DNA of 64,000 nucleotides. Source: Phoronis australis. Taxonomy: Eukaryota > Animalia > Phoronida. Below, piece by piece: positions 61,880 to 64,000 of this stretch; the stretch's first letter is position 1, and each line of letters begins with the position of its first letter. Both the position numbers and the translations under genes were made by a program. The stretch covers positions 270,156-334,155 of the forward strand of contig NMRA01000008.1 of NCBI GenBank assembly GCA_002633005.1, in the 5' to 3' direction. The notes beneath the pieces were generated by a model. It worked only from the letters and a program-made list of their open reading frames with translations, ran no database searches and was not told the DNA's origin.

Positions 61880-64000
61880 CTGCAATGAACAGATCACGGG
61901 CAAGTTACCAAACACTCGCTGTTGCAACCTTCGTAGAATAATAAACCTTACGTGCGAAACAACCGACAAAATTTCCTTTTGGAAAACAATAAAGAAAATT
62001 TTTGACGTACGGTAAAAACTCACTAATTTATTACATAATATTGCGTACAGGTGAAATTTCATTTTTCTCATTTTTTTCATAAATAATATATAGTACCAGA
62101 ATGATGCTTGGCCATATATGTTCTGTACTCTAGCTACCAGCATACAATATTTTGTGGTTATTCACAACAATGAAAAATGAAAAAATGCAATTCTGGCCAT
62201 TATTTATGTCCAAAATTAGTGCGATTCTAATGTAGCATTTGTCGTTACGGCAATTTCCTCAATTTCCTTCAGGTGTTCTTTCAACAAGTCCAAATGACTT
62301 GAAACAGAATTTAGGCAATTTTTAAATCACAGCAGCAAAGACCACTTTCAGCCACATAAATAAAGAAATGTCTGAATAAATGTCATTACATGATCAAAAA
62401 TCTGTTGGTCGGGACAAATAAGGTTTCACAGTAGGGGTCACAAGTTTCTTACATAACGATGTGGCAATTCCTTCTAAAAATCCAAGCATTATCCAGACAA
62501 GCAAGTGGCAGTTCTAACCTCTTTGCAGAGACATACCCTCCAGGGCCAATATAACGTATTGGTTGCCATGGTGCACAGACCCACAGAAAAAATGCAAACA
62601 GACAGGCAAAGACTGCTTATTCCAAAACATCTGGAACATTTTAGAAACACTTTTCTCCTCAAAGAAATAACTTGGACAACTTACAAAGTTTAAACCATAA
62701 ACTATTGGTTAAGCTACTATGCAGCAACCACTTGCCAAAATTGTAAATTTGAATTTCAAATGCTGAAAACATTCCCACAGATAATCAAAACTTTACATGT
62801 TGTCAGTAAACAACAAGCAGTTACAGTCACCTACAGGGGTCCCCACACTTTGCATCCGAGAACTAGTATTTTCCCCTGAACAATATTTGGGACCCCTGTA
62901 AGTGCACATTGCCTAACAGGTTAATACTGGTTCAAAGTAGAATTTCCATGAATGGTCATTTTGTTGAAAGTTTCAGCAAAGGAAAAGTCCACTGTCTACC
63001 GTGTTGCATGCTGATTAACAGTCGCTGTACTTTTAAAGGAAACAGGGATAACCACCTAAACAGCTCAAAATGTCTCAATATGAAACAAGGAAACAGATTT
63101 TGTAGCCTAAACATGAAAAAAAAAAGAAAATTGCAGCTGAAACTTTAACACAAAACAAGGAAACCAAGATGGTAAAGATGAAAACATGAACTTTAAGAAC
63201 ATAAGCCACACAGTGAAACACAGCTCACTTCATCATAAACTACGTTATCACAGAAAAGGCAGCACGTGTGCCCAATGCCTGAATACGGCAGTGGCAACCA
63301 TAAAAACGGGATCACAGCACCAAGTCTGTGTTTAAAGCTGAGGGGATTAACCGTCGCCAAGCCTCTGACAGAGTTAACATCAATTGCTTTATGAAATATA
63401 TTTCCAATTTCGCCAGGTAGCCACAGTACGAAGAAGATTGATGTTTTCAAAATGTCTAAAATATTGCATAGAGAAAAATCATTTCCACTGAATAAGTAAT
63501 GGCATCCGTCTGACAAATAAGGCGACTAAATTTATCGATGCTGGGATTCAGACAAACTAAAATTTGCAGTCTGACGTCAATGCTCGATAGAAATTTGAAG
63601 TTAAACTACTAACAATAAGATTTGATTGAACACGCTTTCTAGGATGTTTGCTACAGCAGTTACATCACCATAGTAAACCTTTTTGATTTAAATGTACTTG
63701 GCAGACAATATTGAGTGACAATTTTTTAACAAAACAACACAATACAGAAATTCTTTTTACTAAGTCTTCTCTTCTGTTTTATTATTGGTGGCAACATTTT
63801 AGAATTTTGTATCGTAAAGAAAACTTAATTATGTACCCAACAGGTGTCATCACGCACCAAATGAATAATTTTAACCATTTTTAGCATTGTCGTAAGCCTC
63901 TTGAAAATGACAAAGACAATTTTGGCAATAGACCTTTTGCAAGTTCAGAGGCAAGGTTGGTTTTTGTCCCAATTCTCTTGTCATCATGGTGATAACCTTT

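Noticed and set aside
62000-64000. Further ABLIM-like (LIM-domain) exons
   Set aside because: No exon with LIM Cys/His spacing and compatible splice sites was found; they presumably lie beyond the window.

Overview
AT-rich, intron-containing animal (metazoan, probably marine invertebrate) genomic DNA, not prokaryotic; most ORFs in the supplied track are spurious. I reconstructed two spliced genes by hand from GT-AG sites and reading-frame phase. (1) On the + strand, an FBXO41-like gene with 12 coding exons (24079-37481): C2H2-type finger, coiled coil, long disordered insert, F-box, LRR-like C-terminus. It probably has a multi-exon, uORF-containing 5' leader from about 15.4-24 kb. (2) On the - strand, the 3' part of an ABLIM/UNC-115-like actin-binding gene ending in a villin headpiece (14 exons, 61879-41995), with microexons and RBFOX/UGC splicing motifs. 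The two genes converge and their candidate AATAAA signals lie about 40 bp apart. A third, unidentified - strand gene probably occupies the left 12-15 kb. Introns contain many MITEs, tRNA-derived SINE heads and dispersed repeats. I found no convincing novel multi-gene system; the best leads are in RNA processing (microexons, a candidate mutually exclusive exon, a junction-terminated uORF, a shared terminator, an intronic foldback) and a MITE with 6-bp target duplications. All gene identities rest on recalled motif similarity, not a database search.
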